A stretch of 63,491 nt of DNA, filler included, from Octopus bimaculoides (taxonomy: Eukaryota): the NCBI RefSeq assembly GCF_001194135.2. It is 5 parts of 3 records of this genome, joined end to end, with 100 filler letters (N's around TTAATTAATTAA, not from the genome) between each part and the next. Parts side by side here need not be neighbours in the genome. Positions count along the whole stretch, not along the records: positions 30,921 to 49,831 come from NC_068996.1; positions 49,932 to 57,582 come from NC_068982.1; positions 57,683 to 61,457 come from NC_068994.1; positions 61,558 to 63,491 come from NC_068982.1; 1 more part is not named here. One strand, 5' to 3'. The position numbers were made by a program, and so were the translations under genes. This document shows, piece by piece, positions 48,678-63,459 of the stretch. Below the pieces are notes generated by a model that worked only from the letters and a program-made list of their open reading frames with translations, was not told the origin of the DNA and searched no databases. How positions within the stretch are numbered: position 1 is the first letter of the stretch; each line of letters begins with the position of its first letter.

Positions 48678-48895
48678 AGTGAGCTGGCAGAGTCGTTAGC
48701 GCCCCGGGCAAAATGCTAAGCAGCATTTCGCCTACGTCATTACGTTCTAAGTTCAATTTCCTCTCAAGTTGATTTTTTTTTTACCGTTTATCATTTCTGG
48801 GTCGATAAAATAAATACCAGTCAAGCACTGGGATCCATGTAATCGATTTAATTTTCTCTGTGAAGTTGCTGACCTTGTGCCAAAATTTGAAATCG
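48678..48895 (+). mobile_element. SINE family B, full length
   Basis: GAGCTGGCAGAGTCGTTAGCGCCCCGGGCAAAATGC...GTTGCTGACCTTGTGCCAAAATTTGAAA. Confidence 0.85.
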
Positions 48896-49314
48896 ATATA
48901 ACAGACCACCAGTAATTCGTCATTCAAATATTTTCAGACTCTGCAAAAGCCATTATAACATTCTTTCTAAATGTTTTTTTTTTCTTTGTTTATTTTCTCT
49001 TATCTGTATAATAATTTATTTATTTATTTACTTATTTATTTCAATCATTCTTACTTTCATTTATTCTGTTTACCATTATTTCTTCATCTCTTTGTTTCTT
49101 TCTTTGATTATTTAATATTTCTTTCTTTTCTGCGTTTCTTACTTTCTCTTTCACTTTTCGTTTATTTATTTCATTCATTTTATTTCTTTCCTCATTCATT
49201 CTGCTTTTTACATTTTTTCTTTCTTACTTTACATCTCTCATTATTTTCTTTCCAGTCTTTATAGTTATTCTTTCAATAGTTTTCTCGTTCATTCCTTCTA
49301 TCTTTATCATTAAT

Positions 49315-49504
49315 AAACAATTGCAGCGTGGAAGGTGTTTATAAGCCATTTAAGAAACACACAAAAACCGTTAGATTCACTTCAACATTTAAATTTAATT
49401 TGTCAAAATATTTTCGTCGCTTTCAACCGCGACCTGTTCGCTGACAAAATTCTGTACTAGTGTTTTTAAATAGCTTATAAACACCTTCCATGCTGTAATT
49501 GTTT
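49315..49504. mobile_element. Palindromic MITE-like element (~45-bp inverted arms)
   Basis: AAACAATTGCAGCGTGGAAGGTGTTTATAAGCCATTTAAGAAACAC is the inverse of GTGTTTTTAAATAGCTTATAAACACCTTCCATGCTGTAATTGTTT. Confidence 0.75.
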
Positions 49505-52330
49505 TTGTTTCAGCACACGATCTCAGATCAAGTCACTTGCTATTTAAGTACATCTTCGTAATTTTTACAAAAATTTAATGCATCTTCATTGTATTTCTTT
49601 TGTGGCTCTATAACTCTATTTTTCTATCCTATTTATCCCTTGTTCTATATCCAGAATAAGTAATACGTCGATTCAATGAAATACAGATATACATTCAGCA
49701 AAAAGTAAGTAAAAGATGATAAAACAATAATGAATTTTTTAAAAATACATTTAATAGATCAAAATACATATTAGATATTAATTGTTTTTATTACTTTGTA
49801 CAACAATATATTCAACAATCCACAGACTGGANNNNNNNNNNNNNNNNNNNNNNNNNNNNNNNNNNNNNNNNNNNNTTAATTAATTAANNNNNNNNNNNNN
49901 NNNNNNNNNNNNNNNNNNNNNNNNNNNNNNNATATATATATAAAGAAAGAGAAAGAGGTGGAGACAGACAGACAGAAAGAGATAGACAAACAGATAGCTA
50001 GAGATATAGCTAGAGATATAGCTAGAGAGATCGTTGATTAGGCAATTATCATGTACAGGGCATCGACCGGGAATTTGAAAATTTCATTGAGGTCCGTCAT
50101 CATAAGCTTTAGTTTTGTTAAGCTTAGTAATGTTACGCTGATTATCAGACGAGGCACTGTTTATGAGACAATAATTGCTATGCTTTACAATTAAGTCTAT
50201 ATACTATAGTTAAATATTCTCCAGCCACATTACTCCTAAGATTCATTCTGAAAGTTTAGTTGATGCAAAACTGTTTTCTCGTTCTAGTTCTGGGAAATAT
50301 TCATGCGTTATTTCCACAGTCGTCACATTAGATCCCTACGTAGAATCTGCTAATAAGAAGTGTGTCATTGGAGTATGAACAGGTATTGCTAATACCTCCT
50401 TGTCCTTTCGCAAGGAGGAAACTGGTTACGTATGTTACCAACCATATGTTTGTTGCTTTTGTTTCTCCGTTTCTCTGTGTGCGTGTCCCTGTGTGTGCGC
50501 AAGTGTGTGAATCGAGAAAAATATTGTAACCATTAGTAAAAGATAATTGATGATATTTAGAAAGTGTTCTATTTCATCACGTTTCTTTCATAAAAAGGTA
50601 ATATTATTTTCAATTATCATTCTTTAGAAACCAGTTTAAAATGTATATAAACTATTCAAGCACATTTTTAAATATTTAAATTATCGCTTCAACAAAGCCG
50701 TATTTTTATAATTTTCTATTTGCTAATTTTCTTCCTGAATTTTTGATATTTAAATGCCACAATTAATCGCAAACTGTGACTTTTAAAGAGGAAATGCAAC
50801 TGAGTAAAGTTGCTGATTCAGTATTTAAACATTCATCTAATTTGCATTTATTACTATCATATTATTCCCTCCAGCATACACGAGTGGGAAATACGTGTAA
50901 TATATCCTGATATTTTATCTGAAGAAGATTTAAAATATAAATGAAGAAAGGAAATGAAGTCAAACCTGATTTAAATTCTATTTGAAGTATATTTAATATT
51001 TTGTTCCGTTATTTTTGACGCCAGAAATCTCTCGCGTATTTAGATAGTATTTGACGCATAAACGATATGAAATAGTTTCATCCAATACACGTAGGTGCAT
51101 CAAAATTTATCTTTGCTTCCCGAATTTTATCAAATGCTGTAATTATAGAGTGTGATCTGCAGCAATATGTTACTGTGCTCACAAATCAAGCAATAAAAGT
51201 TATTCAACTTTACTGCGAAGTTATGTTTCCAGAAGTGTTTAGCTTCCCATGTTCATATTCTCTAAAATGTTTGGCTTGAATCAAAATCAATAACACCTAG
51301 TCTCATTGAGAATAAACTGAATACCTTCAATAAATATGGTTTTATACAGTTTGAATAGCAAAAGCAACTATATTTAAGAATGGGGTATCTTTGAATACAG
51401 ACGGATTAGATTTACACAACATAGTAATAACATTTTGTATGGTCGGATGGAACATATCCCAACATTGGAAATCCACTAAACGGAAAATTAATTCATCTAA
51501 AATTTACTGGTTAAGACCACCTACCCAATGCCAGTTTTGTCACCATCTTCAATATGTAGGAACGCTAAATTAGTCCTTGGAAAGACGTGGCCGACGGGAG
51601 CACGGGAATAAAACTTGGTCTGATCCACAAATATCAAATTAGTGAACAATCAGAGCTGACAAAATCTAGACAACTACAAGAACTTATGTCAACTGATTCT
51701 CATGTCAACTAATGTCAACTGATTCACCTGATTCCCATAATGTGGATACAATAGATAATGAATACATGCTTATAATTTGGGTGATTATATAGAAAACATA
51801 AAATGCCATTAAATTTCCCAGGATATTTGTTGCTTGAAATCATGGATGTTCATGTTCATTCCATGAAAACAACGTGCGAATAAAAATTTAAAAAATAGAT
51901 AGATTACCAGTTAGGGATTGTTTGGCAAAAAAACTATATAAATAAACATTCTATAATTAATATAAATACCTCAATTCAGATGTGATTATAAAAAGAAACT
52001 TCCGGTACACACGGACTTCCAGTATCTCAAATGTTGTGCAGAGTCATTAAGAATGAAGCATTGCAATGATATAAATTTCGCTCAGTAACGATTAATACGA
52101 CATCAGGGAGTGACTGGTAATCTACAGCCATATGCACTACATCGGTAAACTTTCAACAACGGCAAATTACATCACTGCAATGTCGCTACTCAAGATATCA
52201 GGAGAGGAATCGACTTTGTCAAATCAGCATTTCGTCAATTTTTCCCCCTACGCATTCTATTCTTGGTTCGCTTGTATATATCTCTACAGAGATACACATA
52301 CTGTATATATATATATATATATATATATCA

Positions 52331-52487
52331 GAAAAAATGATAATCAGGTACTCAGATGTCTGGATGGTTGTATACATACATATTTTTATTCATATGTTTT
52401 TTTCTATTCACAAAACATGTGACATACGAATAAAAATCTGTAAATATACAACCATCTAGACATCTGAGTACCTGATTATTATTTTTC
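52331..52487. repeat. Inverted repeat with ~66-bp arms and 24-bp spacer
   Basis: AATCAGGTACTCAGATGTCTGGATGGTTGTATA pairs with TATACAACCATCTAGACATCTGAGTACCTGATT, and further inner pairing is present. Confidence 0.85.
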
Positions 52488-52616
52488 TAATATATAATTC
52501 CTGTACATCACCTCCAAACCTTCCAATATATATATATATATATATATATATGTAAATATATAAAAATAAAAAGATAAAGAGAGCAATGGTAAGGTTGGAG
52601 AAGTATTTTATGGATA

Positions 52617-52667
52617 GAGTCTTACAGCTGTTTCTGGGAAGATCCAGTACTTCCCTTCATCGGAGAC
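52617..52667 (-). ncRNA. Minimal type-I hammerhead ribozyme-like motif
   Basis: Minus strand: GTCT-CCGATGA-A-GGGAAG(TACTGGAT)CTTCCC-A-GAAAC(AGCT)GTA-AGAC. It has stem I GTCT/AGAC, a 6-bp stem II, palindromic ACAGCTGT helix III and a GUA triplet. Confidence 0.7.
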
Positions 52668-52741
52668 AGAAAAAATAAAGTAATCTATTATTATATCCAT
52701 AGGCGGATATAATAATAGATTACTTTATTTTTTCTGTCTCC
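52662..52741. repeat. Perfect hairpin, 37-bp arms and 6-nt loop, abutting gap
   Basis: GGAGACAGAAAAAATAAAGTAATCTATTATTATATCC-ATAGGC-exact reverse complement. Confidence 0.9.
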
Positions 52742-53350
52742 NNNNNNNNNNNNNNNNNNNNNNNNNNNNNNNNNNNNNNNNNNNNNNNNNNNNNNNNNNN
52801 NNNNNNNNNNNNNNNNNNNNNNNNNNNNNNNNNNNNNNNNNNNNNNNNNNNNNNNNNNNNNNNNNNNNNNNNNNNNNNNNNNNNNNNNNNNNNNNNNNNN
52901 NNNNNNNNNNNNNNNNNNNNNNNNNNNNNNNNNNNNNNNNNNNNNNNNNNNNNNNNNNNNNNNNNNNNNNNNNNNNNNNNNNNNNNNNNNNNNNNNNNNN
53001 NNNNNNNNNNNNNNNNNNNNNNNNNNNNNNNNNNNNNNNNNNNNNNNNNNNNNNNNNNNNNNNNNNNNNNNNNNNNNNNNNNNNNNNNNNNNNNNNNNNN
53101 NNNNNNNNNNNNNNNNNNNNNNNNNNNNNNNNNNNNNNNNNNNNNNNNNNNNNNNNNNNNNNNNNNNNNNNNNNNNNNNNNNNNNNNNNNNNNNNNNNNN
53201 NNNNNNNNNNNNNNNNNNNNNNNNNNNNNNNNNNNNNNNNNNNNNNNNNNNNNNNNNNNNNNNNNNNNNNNNNNNNNNNNNNNNNNNNNNNNAAAATATA
53301 GATTTATATGTTTAAGTAAATTCACGCATCTATACATATGCACACAGTAG

Positions 53351-53731
53351 AGGCGAAATGGCCCAGTGGTTAGGGCAGCGGACTCGTGGTCATAGGATCG
53401 CGGTTTCGATTCCCAGACCGGCCGTTGTGAGTGTTTATGGTGCGAAAACACCTAAAGCTTCTCGAGGTTCCGGCAGGGGATGGTGGCGAACCTTGCTATA
53501 CTCTTTCACCACAACTTTCTCTCACTCTTACCTCCTGTTTCTGTTGTGCTTGTAATTCATAGGGTCAGCCTTGTCACACTGTGTCACGCTGAATATCCCC
53601 GAGAACTACGTTAAGGGTACACGTGTCTGTGGAGTGCTCAGCCACTTGCACGTTAATTTCACGAGTAGGCTGTTCCGTTGATCGGATCAACTGGAACCCT
53701 CGACGTCATAAGCAACGGTGTGCCAACAACA
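53351..53731 (+). mobile_element. SINE family C, full length
   Basis: AGGCGAAATGGCCCAGTGGTTAGGGCAGCGGACTCG (TCG in the anticodon-like position)...GGAACCCTCGACGTCATAAGCAACGGTGTGCCAACAAC. Confidence 0.9.
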
Positions 53732-53918
53732 ACACATATGGGCACACATATACACACACAATTATATATGTATGTAACAAACATATTTCACCTAACTTAA
53801 ATATATATATGAAGATAAATAATTGAGATTCAGATGAATTAGGTACTTAAGTTGTGGCACCAAAATTTAGTCTGGTGTTATCCGTACAATTTCAAAATAA
53901 GGTGAATAAAATCAAACA

Positions 53919-55925
<2,007 letters not shown>

Positions 55926-56479
55926 GTATGTACGTATGTAATTACCTACATGTCTATTTTATGTGCTTGTACGCATATATATACAGAATGAAGGAAATCT
56001 TTACAAGCTTCCCTTAACTAAGAGAATTCACGACCAGTTACAATTCTCTATAGTATATGAACGCAATTTCTAGTACTGGACAATTTAAAATTAAGAAACA
56101 TGTAACAATTACAAATGGCCTTGAAGGAATAAATGTGGCTACACACATATGCTAAAGCATTTCAACTTGCTATCTTCTCCATATTACAGAAATATCAGAA
56201 TCAAAATGGTAAAACGTAAGCAGGCAATAATTACAGACTCTCGTAGACGAAAGACGCAAATCGTATAAGTTAAAATATTACTTCAGAGACAAACATAAAT
56301 GAATTCCCAAGGAAACCAAGACAACATAAATGAGAATTTCTGAGATATTGAGAAACCTTTTCTTTATTTCTTTATGATCACAAACAACCTGAGATACCAA
56401 AATTTTCTGCCAAACAGGGCCTTCGAATTCTACACAAATCATCAAATAAATACTCGCAAAAGAGTAAGAAAATATTGGT

Positions 56480-56700
56480 CTCAAATTTTGGGACAAGGCC
56501 AGCATATTCTGAGAAGGTGGTGGTGGTGGTGGTGGGGTGGGGGGTCAGTCGACCCCAGTGCTCAAGTAGTACTTATTTCATTGGCCCCAAAATGATGAAA
56601 GCAAAGTCGACCTCGCTCGAATTTGAACTCAGAATATATAGACAGATTGAATACTGGTAAGCATTTTGTCCGGCGTACCAACGGTTCTGCCAGCTCAACA
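56480..56700 (-). mobile_element. SINE family B
   Basis: TCAAATTTTGGGACAAGGCCAGC...GTCGACCCCAGTG...GCAAAGTCGACCTCG..GAATTTGAACTCAG...CCAACGGTTCTGCCAGCTC. Confidence 0.8.
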
Positions 56701-57827
56701 CATTAGAGTAATAGAATATTAATGTAAAATGACAAAAGGCATTCAAGAAAGGCAAAATTTGCATAGGAAAATAATGCAGGTATGATGATACAGATTCTCT
56801 TGATGTGGTATGTATTAATTAAATGAAAATAGTAAAGATTAAGAATACTAAAGAATTGAAAGTTAATAGAAATATTTATTGCAAAACGAAAAAGAAAACA
56901 GAAGAACGTGTAAAATCATTTGCTTCATAACATGAACAATGCAATGAGAGCTATATCGGCCAAATAGAAAAAAAAAATATTGGACTGCTTCAGGGTATGA
57001 AATATCAACCAGGATATTTCACATGGGAATGTTCCACTTAGTGAAAGTCGTACATTTATTTGTGAGCAAAAATTTGGAAATATCCTTATATTTTCAGCAT
57101 GAAGAATACTGATGGTTGTTTACAAACGGCAAAACAAAAGCATTTTGAGACCAACGCTAAATCGGAAATAGCAACAGAATTAAATCACTCCAAACGTGTT
57201 TGTAAAGGTGACGACAGCGAAAGCACGTACATAAAAATTCTTCTCTCGGTATTGTATTAATCAGTTTTACCGAAGACATTTTTTCTATACAATTAATAGC
57301 TTGCTAATGAAATTTTGGATAAATATTGTGATTGAATGGCAAAGTTTCTGCTAAGTTTTTAAGGAAATATATGTCGTATATGGCCATACATATAAGTGTA
57401 TAGATAAGTACGAACATATTTGTGTGTGTAAATATAAATGTATACGTACACATATAGATACATACATACGCACTTACACACATACACATGCACACACACA
57501 TATGAGAGAGAGAGAGTGAAACATATATATATATATATATACTAGCAAATATAAATAGACATATGTATATGTATATATATATNNNNNNNNNNNNNNNNNN
57601 NNNNNNNNNNNNNNNNNNNNNNNNNNTTAATTAATTAANNNNNNNNNNNNNNNNNNNNNNNNNNNNNNNNNNNNNNNNNNNNTATATATATATATATATA
57701 TATATATACATGCAAGGAACGTGAAGAGAGCAAAGCATAAAGACAGAAAATCACGGTGGTGCTCCAGCATGACCTCAGCCACTTGGCTGAAACCCATAAA
57801 TAAATAAATAAATAAATAAAAAATAAA

Positions 57828-57865
<38 letters not shown>

Positions 57866-57997
57866 TGTATATATGCATAAATGTATACATATATATACAT
57901 ATATGCATATATATATATACATAGAGACATAGAGACATAGAGACATACGCACACACACATATATACCTATATGTGCGTGTTGTGTGTGTCTGTGTGT

Positions 57998-58048
<51 letters not shown>

Positions 58049-58789
58049 TGTGTCTATGTGCCCATTGAAGAAAGGCAAACGTAAGAAAATAAGCATATTA
58101 AGTAGCTAGATTAAGTTAATCTTTTTACTTTGCCCTCTACTACTTCATATTTTCAAACTAAAATAGCAAATTCTAACGTCATTGGCGCCATTTTATTGCG
58201 TTCATTTTTCGTTCTGTCCTTCTGTTTAAAATTTCTGTCACACTTAAAGTTCATTCGACTATCACACATGTTCTTCGTGTATTTTAACCGTTGCTTCTAT
58301 TTGTTTTATTCTTCCTGCTGCAGCATCTGCAGCCGCTGTCGTTGTTGCTGTCGTTGCCGCTGCTGCTCTTAGTATTGTGGCTGCTGACGGTGGTGGCGGT
58401 GCGGCGACTCTCTTCCATCGTCGCTGCTTGTTTAATATATTTCGTGTCTGTATAACTTCTACGTCTATTTCGTCGCCGACTCTATCATCGATGCCAACGT
58501 TGTTATTGTTGATATTGTTGCTGTAATATTATGTTTGCTTCTTGTGTTGTTTTGGTTTTGCATTGAGTGTTCTTTCTAGTTTTTCTTTATTTTTTTACTC
58601 TTAATAATATTGCGTTGCTGTTCTTATTTTGGTGTATTTATTGTCCATCTTTTCTATATTCGTCATATTTTGTGCACTTATCGTCCTTACCGTCTTTGCT
58701 ATTGTTTACCATTTTCTACAACCGTTTCCTTGATTTTGAGCTGTTGTCGTTATTATGGGTCTTTTATTATTACTATTGTTATTACTATG

Positions 58790-58844
<55 letters not shown>

Positions 58845-58882
58845 TAATATTATTATTATTATTATTATTATTATTACTACTA

Positions 58883-59100
58883 AGTCGGCGAGCTGGCAGA
58901 GACGTTAGCGCGCCGGACAAAATGCTTAGCGGTATTTCGCCCGTTTTTACGTTCTGAGTTCAAATTCTGCCGAAGTCGACTTTGCCTTTCGGTGTCGATA
59001 AATTAAGTACCAGTGAAACACTGGGGTCGATGTAATCGACTAGTCCTCACCCTCCTAAAATTTCAAGGCCTTGTGCCTCCAGTAGAAAGGATTATCATTA
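58883..59100 (+). mobile_element. SINE family B, full length, next to a mirrored (AAT)n/(ATT)n tract
   Basis: GTCGGCGAGCTGGCAGAGACGTTAGCGCGCCGG...GGCCTTGTGCCTCCAGTAGAAAGGATTATCATT. Confidence 0.9.
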
Positions 59101-59104
59101 TTAT

Positions 59105-61125
59105 TCAATAGTTTTTTTTATATATAACGTGCGTTCACTTCACTACCGAGCGCAGCTTTGTGTGTCTTGGGTATGTGCTGTGGTTTGTTGTGATGCTCTT
59201 ATGGTTACTGTATTGAAAGTGTCTTGCGTCGGATTTGTGCGGTGCCTACTAGTGCTATTTTCTGTATGTTATATATGCTTGTTAATCCTGGTGTTTTTGT
59301 TATGTATTTATCTGAATATTTTTTTATCATACCTAATGCACTACTATGATAGGAAATGTTTCTGTTTTTAGACTCCGCATTCGGGTTACCTCTATTTCCA
59401 GATCTTTGTATTTTGAAAGTTTTTTCCATTCCTTTTAGAGAAACATTGTCATCTGTTGGTATTGATACATCAATTAGAAAACATTTTTTTCTTGATCATC
59501 TTTGACAAGTATATTCGGCCTATTGGCTTTAATTTCTCTACCTGTGTATTGGCATATCCCATGGCATGGTTGCTTTGTCATTTTCTGTGACCTTTTCTGA
59601 CGTTTGCCTATACCATCTTTTTTCTGTTGTTATTCAATAGTGTTGGCATAGCTTCCAGTGTATATAGGTCCCAGCTCTGTCGTGTCTGTGAATATATTCC
59701 TTCTTAGCCAGGACTGGGCAGTTAGAGTCAATATGATTTATTGTTTCTTCTCCATTTCCACATATTCTCCAGTTACTTGTATTTCTTTTCATCACATGTT
59801 TTTGCTAATTTCTGGGTGGGGGGAGGCTTTGATCTTCTGCTGCAATTGAAAAGTCTTTCAGTTCCTTATTTGAGTCCTGAGCTTCTCGGCTACTGTTGGG
59901 ATTTTGCTTTGTCTATTTCTTTTTTTCTGTTTAGTTTAACCCAGTATTTGCAATGAAGGCTTTTCTTGCCATCGTTTTATCATGATCCGTTGCTGTTCCA
60001 GTTTTAATCTGGATTTCAGTTGTTTTACAGCTTTTTTTGTTTCTTCTTTTTCTTCATAGTTGGTAGGTACTATGACTTCTTTTCTGTATTTGTCAGCTTC
60101 CTTAAAAATTAAAAACAGATTTTTGTTTTGTTTTGTTCGTGTTTTGTGGTTATTTGTATTAGTTTTCCTTGCTTCTGATGCAGGTATTTCTGTAGCCCTA
60201 TTGTAAGTTTCCTAGCTGCATAAGACCTCTATCACCTTCCATGCCTTGTATATATAACCTTTTTATGTCAGATTTTTAGTGTTGCCTCCTAAATCCTGTC
60301 TTATGTTTCTTGCTTTCTTGTCTATTTTGATTAGTTCATTTAGAGAGCAGAATATTGTAGCTACAACTTATTCCTGGAACGGCTAGAGTGTTGATACCTA
60401 TTACCTTGTTTTTCGCATTGAGCTCTGTTTTCATTATTAATCTAACTTGTCTATACTATAGTATTCTTTTCTTATTTTCTCTTTCATTTTTGTGTATTGT
60501 ACTGTATCTAGTTCATTGATGCCTAAGTATTTGTATGTCTGGCTTTGGTCTAATCCTCTTATTTAATTTGCTTTATCTAGTGTGATGTTGCTACTCTTAA
60601 CTAGTTTTCTGCTTTTCAGGTTTGCTTTGGCACATTTTTCTAAGTCAAATTTTTTTTTTCCTTGGTAAATCCATATACTGTCTGTAGTAATGTTTCCAGC
60701 TGTTTATCATTTGCAGCGTACAGTTTTAGATCATTCATATATAAAAGGTGGCTGGTTGTTTTTCCGTAACAGTTTTATTCACGTACAGTTCTGTTTATCA
60801 TGTCAGATAAAGATGTCAGTGTCAAGCAGAAAAAAACTGGAGAGAGCATTGCTCACTGGAATATTCTTCTTCTAATGGGAATGAATATGGATTTTATGAG
60901 TCCCTCTTTTGTTTAGAGCTGTAACACTGTTCGCAGCTTATTCATGAAACGTTTTATATACTTTATAATTATTGGTGTTACCTTGTTCATGGCTAGTGTT
61001 TCTAGGATCCATGTGTGAGGAATACTATCAAATTCCTATCGGTAATCGATCCAGGCCATGCTTAAACGCTTCATCTTTCTGCAGCTATCTTCAGTTATGG
61101 CTCTGTTGATCAGTAGCTGATCTTC
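59105..61125 (-). mobile_element. 5'-truncated R4/Dong-clade non-LTR retrotransposon (RT plus restriction-like endonuclease), decayed
   Basis: Minus-strand motifs AWIDYR..FDSIPHTWI (~61060), RRIFQ*AMLSP, SHLLYMNDLKLYA (YMND at 60730-60741), YKYLG, RLYIQGMEGDRGL, and WDMPIHT.REIKANRPNI...LIDVSIPTD..KYKDLEIE...QKIALVGTAQIRRKTLSIQ*. A 3' UTR and AAT tail follow. Confidence 0.88.
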
Positions 61126-61127
61126 TT

Positions 61128-61457
61128 ATTATTATTATTGAGTGAGAGAGCAGTGCATGCCATCAAAGTGACACTGGGGTAAAATATACGAAGCCCAATA
61201 TGCCCATCATGACTACCCGTCTGATAAGGGTACACCAAGCATATGCATCACAACCATATGTGCGCGACATGGTGATCTCATATCAAGATAAACAGTGCAT
61301 AACCTCGCAGGTGAGGCCCAGTTAGAATTTTCTTCAGGTCGAGTAGCCCATCTCGCGCAAAAGGTCCCTGAATAAGGTTCGTTTAAGGATGTTGAGCAAA
61401 ACACTCATGTTTCCAAAGGTAAATTATTCAAACCCCAAAGAATTCCTCACAACACAT
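61128..61457 (-). mobile_element. Retroelement 3' end with (AAT)n tail at the truncation point of the R4-like copy
   Basis: The minus strand ends CCCCAGTGTCACTTTGATGGCATGCACTGCTCTCTCACTCAATAATAATAAT. Family uncertain. Confidence 0.55.
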
Positions 61458-61557
61458 NNNNNNNNNNNNNNNNNNNNNNNNNNNNNNNNNNNNNNNNNNN
61501 NTTAATTAATTAANNNNNNNNNNNNNNNNNNNNNNNNNNNNNNNNNNNNNNNNNNNN

Positions 61558-61631
<74 letters not shown>

Positions 61632-61870
61632 CACAATATGAGGATGAAATTTCCTCGTAAGGGGTTGTCAATAACAATCCAGATGCCAACTGGCTTTACC
61701 AAATATATTGAAAGAAAGTTCCTCCATATATATGTATAAACAGTCTTATAAACATACTGTCGTATTCAAACATGTGTAGGATATTTTGGAATATTTTGGG
61801 GTTTTGTTGATCCGGTTCCATTTATCCTTATTCTTATTGGTATCACTTTTACTTTGCATTACTTTTCCAT

Positions 61871-62095
61871 TACTCTTTTACTCTTTTACTTGTTTCAGTC
61901 ATTTGACTGCATCCATGCTGGAGCACCACCTTTAGTCGAGCAAATTGTCCCCAGGACTTATTCTTTGTAAGCCTAGTACTTATTCTATCGATCTCTTTTG
62001 CCGAACCGCTATGTTACGGGGACGTAAATACACCAGCATCGGTTGTCAAGCGATGTTGGGGGGACAAACACAGACATAAAAACACATACACACAC
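61871..62095 (-). mobile_element. SINE family A, 3' half
   Basis: TACTCTTTTACTCTTTTACTTGTTTCAGTCATTTGACTGC...CAAGCGATGTTGGGGGGACAAAC. Confidence 0.9.
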
Positions 62096-62112
62096 ATACA
62101 TGTATATATATA

Positions 62113-62665
62113 GCATTACAGTGTAAGCATGGCCACTCCACTAGCAATATGCACCAAAGAAGAACAGAGCAGTGATCTGATTTCTCTGGAAAAGTGCGGT
62201 ACGATCAACAATGCAAAATACAGTACTTTGCTGGCCAACAAACTGAAGCCAGCAATTCGCACCAAGCACCGAAGCCTATTGTCGAAGAAAGTTTTGTTGC
62301 TGCATAACAATGCACGCCCACACACGGCCGCCAGACCGTTGAAACCATTAACCAATTGGGTTTTGAGGTGGTGGGACACTCTGCCTACAGCCCAGATCTC
62401 GCACCTTCCGGCTATCATATCTTTGAACCGCTCAAAGATGGTTTTCGAGATCGTCGATTTCCTACGGATGAAGATGTGAAGGAAGCGGTACACGACCAAC
62501 CAAAAACCTTCTTCTTGGAGGGAATTCCCAAGCTTGTAGACAGCTGGAACAAGTGCATCGGAAAGGAACGAGACTATATAGAAAAATGACGTACTTGTTT
62601 ATCCACTGCTTTTGTGTAAATACATTGAAAAACCAAGAGTGCGTATAATTTTTGACTCTCCCTTG
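62113..62665 (+). mobile_element. mariner (DD34D-type) transposon, internally deleted
   Basis: The N-terminal MATPLAICTKEEQ..VI*FLW is fused to LEKCGTIN...LLHNNARPHTA...YSPDLAPSGYHIF...WNKCIGKERDYIEK*. The right end is TTTTGACTCTCCCTTG|TA. Confidence 0.88.
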
Positions 62666-63039
62666 TATATATATGTGTGTGTGTGTATGTGTGTGTGTAT
62701 TTGTATGTGTATTTGTGTGTGTATGTGTGTATGTGTGCGGGGGTGTGTGTGTGAGTTATATGCATGTCTCATTGTGTATGTGGTTAGCTGTGATTCAATA
62801 TGGTTGTCACTGTGTGCATTTTCTCCTAGTTTCCTGTATTTGTATGTCAGAATCTGATTATCTGCATATGTGTGTAATGTATGTGTGTGTATATGTATGT
62901 ATATATGTGTGTGTGTTTGTATGTACATACGCACCTATTTATGTATGTGTGTAAGTATGTTTGCGGTTTTCTACGTCTGTACAGTTGTCTGTGAATGTGT
63001 AATGGTGTCGTTGTGTGTGTATATATATATAAATGTGTA

Positions 63040-63073
<34 letters not shown>

Positions 63074-63459
63074 TACGTGCTTCTCTTGCAAGTAGAGGCA
63101 TATACACATACGTGCATGCGTGTGTTTCTATGTGTATATATTTATGTATTATGCCCATAAAGAAAGATACACAAACTTTATATGTCTCCCGATATAGTTT
63201 CAAGCGATTTTTGTCAAGTGTACGTATATTGGACTCCTTGTATATTGTATATGAATGGCTATACAAAAGTTTTTATTAACTTGGTTCAGTCTAGTGGAAT
63301 AGTTTATTCAGATATATCACGTAAATAAATGTTTTATTCAACATATGAAAAGGCGCAAGTCTAATGTTTGCAGATTTCGATTAATGCTCCACCTCTTTTT
63401 GTGCTCACCCACACATATGCAGACTGACAGGCACGTACATGAGTATGTTTGTGTGTGTG

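Noticed and set aside
53351-53425. tRNA-Arg-like cloverleaf at family C heads (also 2769 and 38095)
   Set aside because: It continues directly into a repeated SINE body, so these are SINE heads, not tRNA genes.
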